Source: Prevotella sp. (GTDB taxonomy: Bacteria > Bacteroidota > Bacteroidia > Bacteroidales > Dysgonomonadaceae). From it: a DNA stretch of 64,000 nt. Each line of letters begins with the position of its first letter. Position 1 is the first letter of the stretch. The stretch is taken from assembly GCA_031285625.1 (NCBI GenBank), contig JAITVV010000025.1, forward strand, positions 32,005 through 96,004. The letters run 5' to 3'. The notes under the pieces were generated by a model. It was not told the origin of the DNA. It searched no databases and saw only the letters and a list, made by a program, of their open reading frames with translations. Shown in pieces: positions 29,010-39,392 of the stretch. The translations under genes and the position numbers were made by a program.

Positions 29010-30677
29010 TTAGTTTTCATATAGATATCTTTTTATACTTTTTTTGGGAGTTTTTTCAAATTCGCTCGGATATATCTGAATTGCAGTAATATTTTCATAT
29101 GTTGACAGCATTTTATTCAGATTCAGCCGGTTTTGCTCCATTATAGCCGGTAGCATATCATGGTCTACATGGGCCGCATCCATCGTTTCATAATCAGGGT
29201 GGGTTAGTGCTACTAATTTCCCATTTCGTTGCACGATGAGGCTTTCCATTACAAAAGGCATATTGTTGAGTCTCGATTCTATTTCTTCAGGAAAAATGTT
29301 TTGCCCGTTTGGTCCCAGAAGCATTGTTTTACTGCGTCCTCTGATGAAAATTGTATTGTTTTTATCTATTGTGCCCAGATCTCCTGTTTTTAGCCAGCCA
29401 TCTTCAGTAAATGCTGCCTTGGTAGCCTCCTCATTTTTGTAATAGCCAACCATTACATTTTCGCCCCTTACCTGAATCTCGCCCACGACATTATATGGAT
29501 CTTCAGAATCTATCCTGACTTCCATGATGTTATCCAGTATCCTGCCACATGATGTCGGGATAAAATCATAATTATGCTCGTATGATATAAGCGGAGCACA
29601 CTCAGTCATACCATATCCTACTGTGAATGGAAATTTAATTTTATGTAAAAAAGCCTCTACTTCGCCATTTAGTGCTGCACCACCAATAATCACTTCATGA
29701 AAATTGCCTCCTAAAGCATCCATCATGCCTTTTCTGATTTTTGCATAAATCTGGTCTTTTATAATTGGAATCTTCAATGCCATCTTTATAGCTGGTTTCT
29801 CAATTTTAGGAAGGATTGCTTTTTTATATATTTTTTCTATCACCAGAGGTACGGATATAATGAGGTGAGGCTTAATCTCCGCAAAGGCTTCTGCCAGAAT
29901 CTTTGGAGACGGAGCCTTACCTAATAGGGTTGTGTGAGAGCCTTCTGTAAGGGAATATAAGAATTCAAAGGCGCAGCCATAGGCATGTGCCAGAGGCAGA
30001 AAAGATACAATGTCCTGACCTCTGAATAAAAGTTTCAGATAATGTGCATGAGTAATATTCCCGGCCAGATTATTAGCTGTAAGCATAACCCCTTTACTAA
30101 AACCTGTGGTTCCTGAGGTATAATTGATGAGTACCACTTCCGAATTATCAACTTTGGCGTAATTTATATCATCAATGGTATACCCATCCGGATATTTTTT
30201 GTTCATCTTTTCATCCAGAGTTTCAACTAATGATGAAAATTTCTCACCTTTTTGTTCGTGTAGGCATTTAAAGCCGAAATCATTAATAGAAAAAGCACCC
30301 CTGACTCCAGGGATATGGTCTTCATCCAACGAATCCCAAATGTTGGTACTGGTGAATAATAATTTCGACTCGGAGTGATTTATAATATGTTGTATATTAT
30401 CAGCATGGAAATCTTGTAATATAGGAACAATAATAGCACCATATGTAATTACAGCAAGGTATGTTATACACCATGGAATATTGTTTTTTCCGGTAAGTGC
30501 TATTTTATCACCTTTCTTTATCTGAGCTTCTTCAAATATGATATGTATGCGGGCTATTTCTCTTGCGAGGTCTTTATAGTACAAGGTTTTTTTTTCTGAA
30601 TAGTCGGAAAGCCCCTTTAAGTTCCAGTTATGTCTGAAGCTGTCTTCATATAAGGTAATCAGATTTTTATCTATCAT
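29010..30677 (-). CDS. Long-chain fatty-acid-CoA ligase (AMP-binding)
   Basis: YTSGTTGFSKG, GYGMTE, WLKTGDLG, GQNIFPEEIE. Confidence 0.92.
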   Translation of the reverse strand: MIDKNLITLYEDSFRHNWNLKGLSDYSEKKTLYYKDLAREIARIHIIFEEAQIKKGDKIALTGKNNIPWCITYLAVITYGAIIVPILQDFHADNIQHIINHSESKLLFTSTNIWDSLDEDHIPGVRGAFSINDFGFKCLHEQKGEKFSSLVETLDEKMNKKYPDGYTIDDINYAKVDNSEVVLINYTSGTTGFSKGVMLTANNLAGNITHAHYLKLLFRGQDIVSFLPLAHAYGCAFEFLYSLTEGSHTTLLGKAPSPKILAEAFAEIKPHLIISVPLVIEKIYKKAILPKIEKPAIKMALKIPIIKDQIYAKIRKGMMDALGGNFHEVIIGGAALNGEVEAFLHKIKFPFTVGYGMTECAPLISYEHNYDFIPTSCGRILDNIMEVRIDSEDPYNVVGEIQVRGENVMVGYYKNEEATKAAFTEDGWLKTGDLGTIDKNNTIFIRGRSKTMLLGPNGQNIFPEEIESRLNNMPFVMESLIVQRNGKLVALTHPDYETMDAAHVDHDMLPAIMEQNRLNLNKMLSTYENITAIQIYPSEFEKTPKKSIKRYLYEN

Positions 30678-30865
30678 ATTTATTGCTCATTTTTAGTGAA
30701 TTTGTGCAAAAATAGAGAGTATCATTATAATCTACAACTATTTTATAGGTAAAATTTGTAGTAAATGTGTAATTTTGTACTCTTTTAATATCGTATGATA
30801 ATATATTCATTCGTGTAAAATAACTATTTTATTCAATATTATTTACTTAGGTACTTCACTATATA

Positions 30866-32182
30866 ATGATAGATAATTTAATCTTTGAAGATAAAAAAGC
30901 AGCTTATCTGACACTGGGCTGTAAACTTAATTTTGCCGAGACATCGGCTATCGGACGTCAATTGTCACAAGTTGGTGTTCGAAAAGTGAGAGAAGGGGAG
31001 ACAGCGGATATTTGTGTGATAAATACATGTTCGGTAACAGAACTTGCAGACAAAAAATGCAGGCAGGCTGTTCGTAAGATGATCAAAGAAAACCCCGGAG
31101 CTTATGTTATTGTTACAGGATGTTATGCTCAGCTTAAACCGGAAGATATTGCGGGAATTAAGGGTGTTGATATTGTACTTGGATCAGAGCAGAAACTGGA
31201 TGTTGTAGCATATCTTGACGAACTTAAGAAGAAGGATAAGGGTATTGTTCACACATCAAAAACAAATAAAATAAAATCATTTGTTCCATCTTGTTCGCAG
31301 GATGATCGTACCCGTTATTTTCTGAAAGTACAGGATGGGTGTGACTATTTTTGCTCGTTTTGTACTATCCCTTTTGCAAGAGGGCGAAGCCGGAATGGAA
31401 CGATTGAAAGCATGGTGAAGCAGGCGCAAGAGGTTGCAGCAAAAGGAGGAAAGGAAATTGTGCTGACAGGTGTAAATATCGGAGACTTTGGTAGGACTAC
31501 AGGTGAAACTTTCTTTGATCTGGTAAAGGCATTAGATGATGTGGAAGGAATAGAACGTTATAGAATTTCATCTATCGAGCCCAATCTTCTAACAGATGAA
31601 ATCATTGAGTTTGTAGCTCAGTCCAAACGTTTTGCTCCTCATTTTCATATACCCTTACAATCTGGTTCGGATACCGTACTGAAATTGATGCGTCGCCGGT
31701 ATGATACTGCCTTATTCAGGCATAAGGTAGAAAAAATAAAGAGTATTATACCTGATGCTTTTATTGGAGTAGATGTGATTGTGGGTACTCGTGGTGAAAC
31801 TGATGAATACTTTGAAGAGGCAAGGTCGTTTCTTGAAAGTTTGGATTTTTCCCAATTACATGTATTTACATACTCAGAGCGTCCTAATACGCAAGCATTA
31901 AAGATCGAGCATGAGGTTGATCATAAAACAAAGCATACACGCTGTAAAATATTATTAGATCTGTCTGACAAGAAACTTCAGGCATTTTACGAATCACAAC
32001 AGGGTACAGAACGAAAAGTTTTATTTGAACATGCCCAACACGATAATATGATGTATGGATTTACTGAAAATTATGTGAAGGTGGAAACTCCTTATCTCAT
32101 AAGTAAAGCCAATGAAATAAAAATGATTACCTTAGGACAGTTTAATCAGATAAGAACTGCGCTTACTGAAAGTATAGGATGA
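30866..32182 (+). CDS. mtaB: tRNA t6A37 methylthiotransferase
   Basis: TLGCKLNFAE, NTCSVT, TGCYAQ, KVQDGCDYFCSFC, SSIEP. Confidence 0.93.
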   Translation: MIDNLIFEDKKAAYLTLGCKLNFAETSAIGRQLSQVGVRKVREGETADICVINTCSVTELADKKCRQAVRKMIKENPGAYVIVTGCYAQLKPEDIAGIKGVDIVLGSEQKLDVVAYLDELKKKDKGIVHTSKTNKIKSFVPSCSQDDRTRYFLKVQDGCDYFCSFCTIPFARGRSRNGTIESMVKQAQEVAAKGGKEIVLTGVNIGDFGRTTGETFFDLVKALDDVEGIERYRISSIEPNLLTDEIIEFVAQSKRFAPHFHIPLQSGSDTVLKLMRRRYDTALFRHKVEKIKSIIPDAFIGVDVIVGTRGETDEYFEEARSFLESLDFSQLHVFTYSERPNTQALKIEHEVDHKTKHTRCKILLDLSDKKLQAFYESQQGTERKVLFEHAQHDNMMYGFTENYVKVETPYLISKANEIKMITLGQFNQIRTALTESIG

Positions 32183-33093
32183 ATAAGTTATTATATTATA
32201 TAGTATATACATGGATGTATCTGCACGCTCTTTTGCCGTTCAGTGTCTTGTACGTGCTGTCAGATATTCTTTATTGTTTGGTATATAAAGTGGCTGGTTA
32301 TCGTCTGAAGGTAGTCCGCAATAATTTGAAAAATAGTTTTCCCGATAAGACTAAAGAAGAGTTATTGGTTATTGAAAAGAGGTTTTATCATCATTTTTGT
32401 GATTATTTTGTTGAAACATTGAAGTTGTTGCATATCTCTGATAAAGAAATGCGTAAGCGGATGCAATTTGAAAATGTAGAACAAATAAAAGATTTGATGA
32501 AGGATGGAAATTCTGTTCTTATGTTTCTTGGACATTACTGCAATTGGGAATGGATACCATCAATAACATTAGATTTTCAGGGGAAAGATAAAGATAAAAT
32601 CTTAGGACAGATATATAGGCCTTTGAAAAATAAAGCGTTCGATGAGTTATTCCTGAAAATACGTAGCCGTTTCGGTTCACTGGGAATACCGAAGAATGAA
32701 ACATTACGTGCTATTGTTAAGCTCAGAAAAGAAAAAAAACAGGTTCTTATTGGGTTTATGTCTGACCAGATACCATCTGTATTTAATATTCATTATTGGT
32801 CTACATTTTTGAACCAAGACTCTGCTATTTTTACAGGTGTTGAGCGAATTGCAAAGCAAACCGGATTTTCAGTGATTTATCTGGATATGGAAAAAGTAAA
32901 ACGAGGGCATTATAAGGCTACCGTAAAGCTGATTACCGATAAAGCTCAGGCTGAACCTGAATTCTATATTACAGAAACTTATATACGTTCAATGGAAAGA
33001 ACGATACTTCGTGATCCTGCATATTGGCTGTGGACGCATAAGAGGTGGAAGTGGAATCGTAAAGATGTAGAATTAGTACAACAACATAAATGA
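32179..33093 (+). CDS. Lipid A biosynthesis acyltransferase (LpxL/HtrB family)
   Basis: GHYCNWE, YRPLKN, SDQ, YWLWTHKRWK. Confidence 0.9.
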   Translation: MNKLLYYIVYTWMYLHALLPFSVLYVLSDILYCLVYKVAGYRLKVVRNNLKNSFPDKTKEELLVIEKRFYHHFCDYFVETLKLLHISDKEMRKRMQFENVEQIKDLMKDGNSVLMFLGHYCNWEWIPSITLDFQGKDKDKILGQIYRPLKNKAFDELFLKIRSRFGSLGIPKNETLRAIVKLRKEKKQVLIGFMSDQIPSVFNIHYWSTFLNQDSAIFTGVERIAKQTGFSVIYLDMEKVKRGHYKATVKLITDKAQAEPEFYITETYIRSMERTILRDPAYWLWTHKRWKWNRKDVELVQQHK

Positions 33094-34118
33094 AAAAAAT
33101 AGCTGTTGTTATTTTAAACTGGAATGGTAGGAGACTATTGGAGGAGTTCTTACCTTCGGTTATACAATATTCTACACATCCCGATATAGATATAGTAGTT
33201 GCTGATAACGGCTCTACAGATGATTCTCTTACATTTCTGGAAACAGTATACCCTCAGGTTACGCGCATTGTATTACCCCAGAACTATGGGTTTGCAGATG
33301 GATATAACCGCGCATTAAAGCAAGTCGAGTCAGACTATTATGTCATTCTTAATTCTGATGTTGAGGTTACTGAGGATTGGTTATTACCTGCTATAGAATT
33401 TCTGGATAATAATGAAGATGTTGTTGCTGTTCAACCCAAGATTTTGGCACAACGAAATAAGGATTATTTTGAATATGCCGGAGCATCAGGGGGGTTCTTA
33501 GATAAATACGGATATCCCTTTTGTAGAGGACGTATATTCCAAAAAGTAGAACAAGATAAAGGACAATACGATGCCCCCTTGGATATCTTATGGGCTACAG
33601 GGGCCTGTCTGATTATCCGTTCCCGGGAGTTTTTTGATGCTGGTGGATTTGACTCTTCATTCTTTGCTCACATGGAGGAAATTGATTTGTGCTGGCGTTT
33701 AAATAACAGAGGCTGGCGTATTGTTTGCTTACCTTCTTCGGTCGTTTATCATGTGGGCGCTGCTACATTGAAAAAAGAGAATCCACGTAAGACATTCCTC
33801 AATTTCAGAAATAACCTGATAATGTTATATAAGAATTTGCCTCAGGAACATCTTAAGAGGGTGATGACTATCCGCTTGATTCTTGACTATATAGCAGCTA
33901 TTCAATTTACACTAACTGGTAAGTATGCTAATGCAAAAGAAGTAATCCGTGCACATAAGGATTTTTATGATAATAGGAGGGAATATCGCTCTGTGAGACA
34001 AGGAAATCTGAAGAAAATGGTTCAGCCTTATCCCAAAACGATTTACAAAAAAAGTATATTGGCTGCATATTATCTAAAGAGTATCAGATTATTTTCTAAG
34101 TTGCAGTCTTTCAGTTGA
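33090..34118 (+). CDS. GT2 glycosyltransferase (conserved Bacteroidetes type)
   Basis: VILNWNG, ADNGSTD, LNSDVEV, FFAHMEEIDLCWR. Confidence 0.92.
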   Translation: MKKIAVVILNWNGRRLLEEFLPSVIQYSTHPDIDIVVADNGSTDDSLTFLETVYPQVTRIVLPQNYGFADGYNRALKQVESDYYVILNSDVEVTEDWLLPAIEFLDNNEDVVAVQPKILAQRNKDYFEYAGASGGFLDKYGYPFCRGRIFQKVEQDKGQYDAPLDILWATGACLIIRSREFFDAGGFDSSFFAHMEEIDLCWRLNNRGWRIVCLPSSVVYHVGAATLKKENPRKTFLNFRNNLIMLYKNLPQEHLKRVMTIRLILDYIAAIQFTLTGKYANAKEVIRAHKDFYDNRREYRSVRQGNLKKMVQPYPKTIYKKSILAAYYLKSIRLFSKLQSFS

Positions 34119-34188
34119 CTTATTAAAATATTTAAAATCTTATCTGAATATTTTTTTTTCTCGTATATTTGAGAATTGTATTTTTTGT

Positions 34189-34818
34189 ATGAAAATATTT
34201 ATAATATCTCTTATTATATTCCTTTCTTTTTCTATCTCTGTCAGATCGCAGCAGGAAGAAAGGAAGACATATATAGATATGGCCGCTATATATAATGGGG
34301 ATACTATTGCGATTATGAATCTAAAGCCTGTTTATATTTTTGCTCCTTTGAAGTTTAAAAACGATAAGCAACGGCAGGAATATTCTAAATTGGTGCGCGA
34401 TGTAAGGGTTGCTTATCCGTATGCAAACAAAATAACAGCCGCTATTATTGAGACTTATGAATACATGCAAACCTTGCCTACCGAAAAAGAGAAAAACAAG
34501 TATATGGATGATGTCCAAAAGTTTATGATGGATGAGTATAAGCCTAAGATGAAGCGTATGACTAAAAATCAGGGTAAGATACTTGTGAAATTAGTTGATC
34601 GCCAATGTAATACTTCTTCTTATAATATAGTCAAAGCTTTGTTGGGTAGTTTCAAAGCTGGTGTTTATAATGCATTTGCAGGACTTTTTGGTAATAGTCT
34701 GAAGACTGAATATGATCCTGAAGGTAAAGATGCTGCCATAGAGGCTATCGTTACTCAATTAGAGCAGGGTACCCTCGATTATTATTATGCCAGTAATTAT
34801 CATGGATATAACAAATAA
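34189..34818 (+). CDS. DUF4294 family protein
   Basis: Signal peptide; LVRDV..AYPYA, QGKILVKLVDRQ, FGNSLK.EYDP. Promoter TATATTTG at 34164-34171. Confidence 0.8.
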   Translation: MKIFIISLIIFLSFSISVRSQQEERKTYIDMAAIYNGDTIAIMNLKPVYIFAPLKFKNDKQRQEYSKLVRDVRVAYPYANKITAAIIETYEYMQTLPTEKEKNKYMDDVQKFMMDEYKPKMKRMTKNQGKILVKLVDRQCNTSSYNIVKALLGSFKAGVYNAFAGLFGNSLKTEYDPEGKDAAIEAIVTQLEQGTLDYYYASNYHGYNK

Positions 34819-34831
34819 TTCTACAAAATAA

Positions 34832-34859
34832 AAAGAGAGCCGGAAATCCAACTCTCTTT
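34832..34859. terminator. Bidirectional terminator
   Basis: AAAGAGAG/CTCTCTTT stem between convergent genes. Confidence 0.65.
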
Positions 34860-34886
34860 ATCTTCTTATACTTCAGTCTAACTTTA

Positions 34887-35747
34887 TTAGCCTAAGTATC
34901 CCTTAAGTAATTTACTTCTTGAATTTTGTCTTAAACGCTTAATTGCCTTTTCCTTGATTTGACGTACACGCTCACGTGTTAATTGAAATTTGTCACCAAT
35001 TTCTTCGAGGGTCATTTCCTGATACCCAATTCCAAAGAACATTTTGATAATTTCACTTTCTCTTTCTGTCAATGTTGATAGTGCACGTTCGATCTCCTGT
35101 TGGAGCGATTCGTTTATCAACGTACGGTCAGCAATAGGTGCGTCGTCGTTTACAAGTACATCTAACAGACTGTTATCTTCACCTTCAACAAAAGGTGCGT
35201 CCATTGAAATGTGTCGTCCTGAAACTTTGAGCGAATCGGCGATTTTATCTACGGGTATGTCTAATTGCTCTGCTAGCTCTTCTGCCGATGGCTTGCGTTC
35301 GTTTTCCTGCTCGAATTTAGAAAAGGCTTTGCTGATTTTGTTCAGCGAACCAACCTGATTGAGTGGAAGGCGTACGATACGCGATTGTTCTGCTAATGCC
35401 TGCAATATTGACTGGCGAATCCACCATACCGCATAACTGATAAATTTAAACCCTCTGGTTTCGTCGAATTTTTCTGCAGCCTTGATAAGTCCCAGATTTC
35501 CCTCGTTGATTAAGTCCGGTAGGCTCAATCCTTGATTTTGGTATTGCTTTGCAACAGATACCACGAATCTCAGATTTGCCCGGGTAAGTTTTTCGAGTGC
35601 GGCTCTGTCACCTTTTTTAATAGCCTGAGCTAACTCTACTTCTTCCTCAACCGTAATCAAGTCTTCACGACCAATTTCTTGTAAATACTTGTCTAAAGAC
35701 GCGCTCTCGCGATTAGTAATTGACTTTGTAATCTTTAACTGCCTCAT
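34887..35747 (-). CDS. rpoD: Primary RNA polymerase sigma factor (Bacteroidetes RpoD/SigA)
   Basis: [15 protein letters not shown] start, [35 protein letters not shown]. Promoter TATATTTG at 35786-35793. Confidence 0.96.
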   Translation of the reverse strand: MRQLKITKSITNRESASLDKYLQEIGREDLITVEEEVELAQAIKKGDRAALEKLTRANLRFVVSVAKQYQNQGLSLPDLINEGNLGLIKAAEKFDETRGFKFISYAVWWIRQSILQALAEQSRIVRLPLNQVGSLNKISKAFSKFEQENERKPSAEELAEQLDIPVDKIADSLKVSGRHISMDAPFVEGEDNSLLDVLVNDDAPIADRTLINESLQQEIERALSTLTERESEIIKMFFGIGYQEMTLEEIGDKFQLTRERVRQIKEKAIKRLRQNSRSKLLKGYLG

Positions 35748-35903
35748 ATACAGATATGTGTGATAAAATATCCCAAAAATGTTTGCAAATATAGTAAAAA
35801 AATACCATAAAGTAACCATCAGTGGGTGAGATTTATTCTTCTGATAGCTTTAATTAATTATAAACGGACTGTTGTTTCGTTTTTTAAAGTTTATCTACAA
35901 AAT

Positions 35904-35950
35904 AAATAACGCTTAAGTTCCTTTTATGTTTTAAGACTTAAGCGTTATTT
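35904..35950 (-). terminator. Terminator after htrA
   Basis: Perfect 15-bp inverted repeat AAATAACGCTTAAGT/ACTTAAGCGTTATTT. Confidence 0.8.
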
Positions 35951-35973
35951 TAAATTATTAAGTATAAGTGAAA

Positions 35974-37488
35974 TTATTCACTTAAATCTATCGCATAATA
36001 TTTACGTGCTCCACTTGGGGTAATACCTGAAATAAAGAGCGCTTTGTCCTGGCTGTTAGCTGCTGAACGGATAATGTTTTCTACTTCATCAGGAGAAGAT
36101 ACCGGTTGATTATTGATCTTTTGTATGATAAATCCTTTTGAAATACCTTCTTTACTAAATTTACCAGTATTATCTACTCCACCTACTTCAACTCCATAGC
36201 TGATGCCCAGGTCTTTTTTCTTTTCAGCAGTCAATTCTTTGAATGCTGCACCTACACTGGCTATTCCATCACCTTTTTTCACTACAGATGTACTTCCTGA
36301 ATTATTTTTCAAGGTAATATCGTAAGACTTGCTGGAGTTGCCACGGGTAATATCAACTTTTACCTTATCGCCAGGACGGAATCTGTTTACCTGATCCTGT
36401 AATTCACTTACATTTCTTACTTTAACACCGTTTATCGCTGTTATAACGTCACCTTCTTCTACTCCTGCTTGTTTAGCCGGGCTCATTTCAGCAAAACCTC
36501 CAACATATGCCCCTTCTGTTGCGCTCAGAGTTTTTGTCTTATCAGGATTTGCTTCTTTAGCAATAGCAATGTCTTGTATCATTACTCCCAATACAGCACG
36601 TTGAACAGTTCCGTATTCCTTGATATCAGCTACAACTTTTCCGGCAATTGAGATTGGTACGGCAAAACCATATCCTGCAAAATCTCCTGTTTGTGAATAT
36701 ATAGCTGTATTAATACCGATTAGTTCTCCATTTGTATTTACAAGTGCTCCCCCGCTATTACCTCTGTTAATGGCGGCATCAGTCTGGATAAAAGACTGGA
36801 TATCTCCACTGCTTCTCATTCCGATGTTGCCTCTTCCTTTAGCACTTACGATACCCGCAGTAACTGTTGATGTCAGATTAAACGGATTGCCGACAGCTAA
36901 TACCCACTCGCCAACCTTCAGATTATCAGAATTTCCGAACGGAATATAAGGGAATTCTTTCCCTTCGATTTTTAATAGTGCAATATCAGTCTGAGGATCT
37001 GTTCCCACTAGCTTTGCTGTATATTTACTGTTGTCGTTTAGGGTAACTTCAATCTCATTGGCTTTGTCAATCACATGATTATTAGTTACTATATAGCCAT
37101 CCTTTGATATAATGACTCCGGAACCGAAACCAACGCTTGGTTGAGGGATGCCATAATCCTGTCCGCCTCTGTCTCCAAATCCAAAGAAATATTCAAATGG
37201 ATCTATTGCTCTCTGACGTCCTTGAGAGGCTTGGCTTTTCACTGTGGATTTGATATGTACCACTGCATGAACTGAATTTTCAGCAGCTTTTGTGAAGTCA
37301 GGATAACCATCTGCTGTCAAACTGGCCAGGTGTACTCCCTTTTGATCAAACTCTCCTCCATAATTATAGAAATCAGCAGAACTGTAACCTTTTCTGTGAT
37401 CCATAAAACTATACATGCCATATGTAGCGCCTATACTCACTAATGCAACCACTACATAGGTTGAAATATTCTTCCAAATTTTTTTCAT
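35974..37488 (-). CDS. htrA: Do/DegQ family serine protease with PDZ domains
   Basis: GSGVII, TNNHV, TDIALLK, QTDAAINRGNSGGAL; two PDZ-like domains. Confidence 0.95.
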   Translation of the reverse strand: MKKIWKNISTYVVVALVSIGATYGMYSFMDHRKGYSSADFYNYGGEFDQKGVHLASLTADGYPDFTKAAENSVHAVVHIKSTVKSQASQGRQRAIDPFEYFFGFGDRGGQDYGIPQPSVGFGSGVIISKDGYIVTNNHVIDKANEIEVTLNDNSKYTAKLVGTDPQTDIALLKIEGKEFPYIPFGNSDNLKVGEWVLAVGNPFNLTSTVTAGIVSAKGRGNIGMRSSGDIQSFIQTDAAINRGNSGGALVNTNGELIGINTAIYSQTGDFAGYGFAVPISIAGKVVADIKEYGTVQRAVLGVMIQDIAIAKEANPDKTKTLSATEGAYVGGFAEMSPAKQAGVEEGDVITAINGVKVRNVSELQDQVNRFRPGDKVKVDITRGNSSKSYDITLKNNSGSTSVVKKGDGIASVGAAFKELTAEKKKDLGISYGVEVGGVDNTGKFSKEGISKGFIIQKINNQPVSSPDEVENIIRSAANSQDKALFISGITPSGARKYYAIDLSE

Positions 37489-37716
37489 ATGCAAGTATTT
37501 TTTAGTTGTTTAATAATTTAATCTTAATGTATTTATTTTACTTTCAAAAATAAACACAAAAACTGTACAGTTGGTGCATTACAACTCTATTTTTTAACAC
37601 TTTTAACCGAGCAAATTCCCTTTATTATTATTTTAACAATTTAACCAGACTTTTTGTCATGTATATATCTGACAGAAATAAATTATCTTTGTCTGGTTAA
37701 TGGAGCTTATTGTTTG

Positions 37717-39387
37717 ATGAAAAAAGGATTGCAGATTTTTCTAATATTATTGGTTATATGTCAATTAGGCCTATTATTGGTTACGATAATTGATAATAAT
37801 ATATTAATCAATTATTTTTTGTCAGATATAAAAGGCGCTAAAAGCCTTGATGCCCTAAATGGCCTGACCTCAGCCTCTATTGCTATATTTGATGCTAATT
37901 TGATTTTTGTACAGGTATTATTATCACTGTTTATTGCTTTTTTTACTTGGTGTATTTTTAAGATAGGTTTGGTTTTTAGGTATTTATCTTCTTTTTGTGC
38001 TTATTTATTCATAGGATTTAAGACAGTTTTTGGTGAATTAAAGAATAAATATGTTTTAATTTTACTTCTTATTCCTTTGTTATCTTCAATTTATTTTGGA
38101 TTTACTATGCCTGTTTCGTACGATGAGGCGTTGACCTATGTGGAGTTTACGCATAATCCTATTATATATTGTATTTCGTCTTATCCTCTGCCAAATAATC
38201 ATATTTTTCATTCTATATTGACTCATATATCAACGAGTATTCCATTTTTTGATCTTCTGTTCAAACTAAGGATACCTTCTATAGTAGTATCTTTTTTGAC
38301 ATGGATTATCGCTTTTTCTTTTGTAAAGAGGTTTTATTCACAGAAAATTGCATTTTTTGTGATTGCCATTTCTTCTATGTTATTTATGTCTGTCTATTAT
38401 AGCTATATGTCGAGAGGATATGCACTGGTTACTTTGTTTTTTATTATATCGCTTTATGCTGCGTTTAATATAATCAAGTTTGGTAGCCGAAATAGGGATT
38501 GGGCTATTTTCTCTATCAGTAGTGTCTTGGGCTTTTATGCAATACCATCATTTTTATATCCTTTCCTTACACTCAATCTTTTTATATTTATATATAATTA
38601 CAAAAATATAAAACAGCAGTTTATGTTTAACCTGCTTATTGCTCTTTTCACTTTGCTGCTTTATTCCCCAATCATTCTCCATCAGGGTTTTGAAGCATTA
38701 ACATCTCCAGCCAAAGATAGATTATGGGTGCTATCTTACATGCCGATCTTTTTCAAAGATACATTTTCTGAAATATTTGGTATGCCCTTACTTATTACTT
38801 TTATAATTATTTTCGTAGCTCTGTTTTTTGCTTTTCGTGAACGAGAAAAAATGACATTGTTACTTTGGCTTGTATTTGGATTATCACCAGTTATACTATT
38901 AATCGGGCATTCCGTCATTCCTTTTCCACGTACTTTTGTATACTATGGTTTCTTTATTATTTTTCTGATCGGTATATCTTTTTCAAAGTATATTGAAAAG
39001 ATTTCTGTAAAATTGCTGGTCGGAGGGTTGTTTATTATTCAATCTATTCTTTGTTTAAATTTTGGATTGAATATAAATGGTTATGAGACCTTTAATATAT
39101 GTTATAAGGATATGACAGATAAGGTAATGGATATAGAAAAGGAAAATAGAGGTTATGTCTTGAGCGGGCTTTATCTCGACACTCACAAATTTGAAATGAT
39201 TTCAAGAGGTTATAATCCGGATGTTGTAAAATATGACAGACTATTCATTAGTTTTGACGACATAAAGCAAGTGAATGTTGATACAATCAGCAGTGAATAT
39301 AATTATATAATTATTGACAAAGATAAAGATGTCACTGTGTATAAGAAACCTTCCTATTCCAATGAGTATCTGAATCTATATAAGTAG
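37717..39387 (+). CDS. Polytopic GT-C fold glycosyltransferase-like membrane protein
   Basis: YDEALT, PNNHIFHSIL and SRGY motifs with many TM helices. Promoter TATCTTTG at 37684-37691 supports a start at ATG 37717. Confidence 0.7.
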   Translation: MKKGLQIFLILLVICQLGLLLVTIIDNNILINYFLSDIKGAKSLDALNGLTSASIAIFDANLIFVQVLLSLFIAFFTWCIFKIGLVFRYLSSFCAYLFIGFKTVFGELKNKYVLILLLIPLLSSIYFGFTMPVSYDEALTYVEFTHNPIIYCISSYPLPNNHIFHSILTHISTSIPFFDLLFKLRIPSIVVSFLTWIIAFSFVKRFYSQKIAFFVIAISSMLFMSVYYSYMSRGYALVTLFFIISLYAAFNIIKFGSRNRDWAIFSISSVLGFYAIPSFLYPFLTLNLFIFIYNYKNIKQQFMFNLLIALFTLLLYSPIILHQGFEALTSPAKDRLWVLSYMPIFFKDTFSEIFGMPLLITFIIIFVALFFAFREREKMTLLLWLVFGLSPVILLIGHSVIPFPRTFVYYGFFIIFLIGISFSKYIEKISVKLLVGGLFIIQSILCLNFGLNINGYETFNICYKDMTDKVMDIEKENRGYVLSGLYLDTHKFEMISRGYNPDVVKYDRLFISFDDIKQVNVDTISSEYNYIIIDKDKDVTVYKKPSYSNEYLNLYK

Positions 39388-39392
39388 TAGCA

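Noticed and set aside
35748-35819. N-terminal extension of RpoD given by the ORF track; similar extensions at 1882, 2316, 10815, 37654, 52592 and 63378
   Set aside because: The extensions run through promoter or terminator elements or upstream genes; downstream ATGs give the family-typical N-termini.
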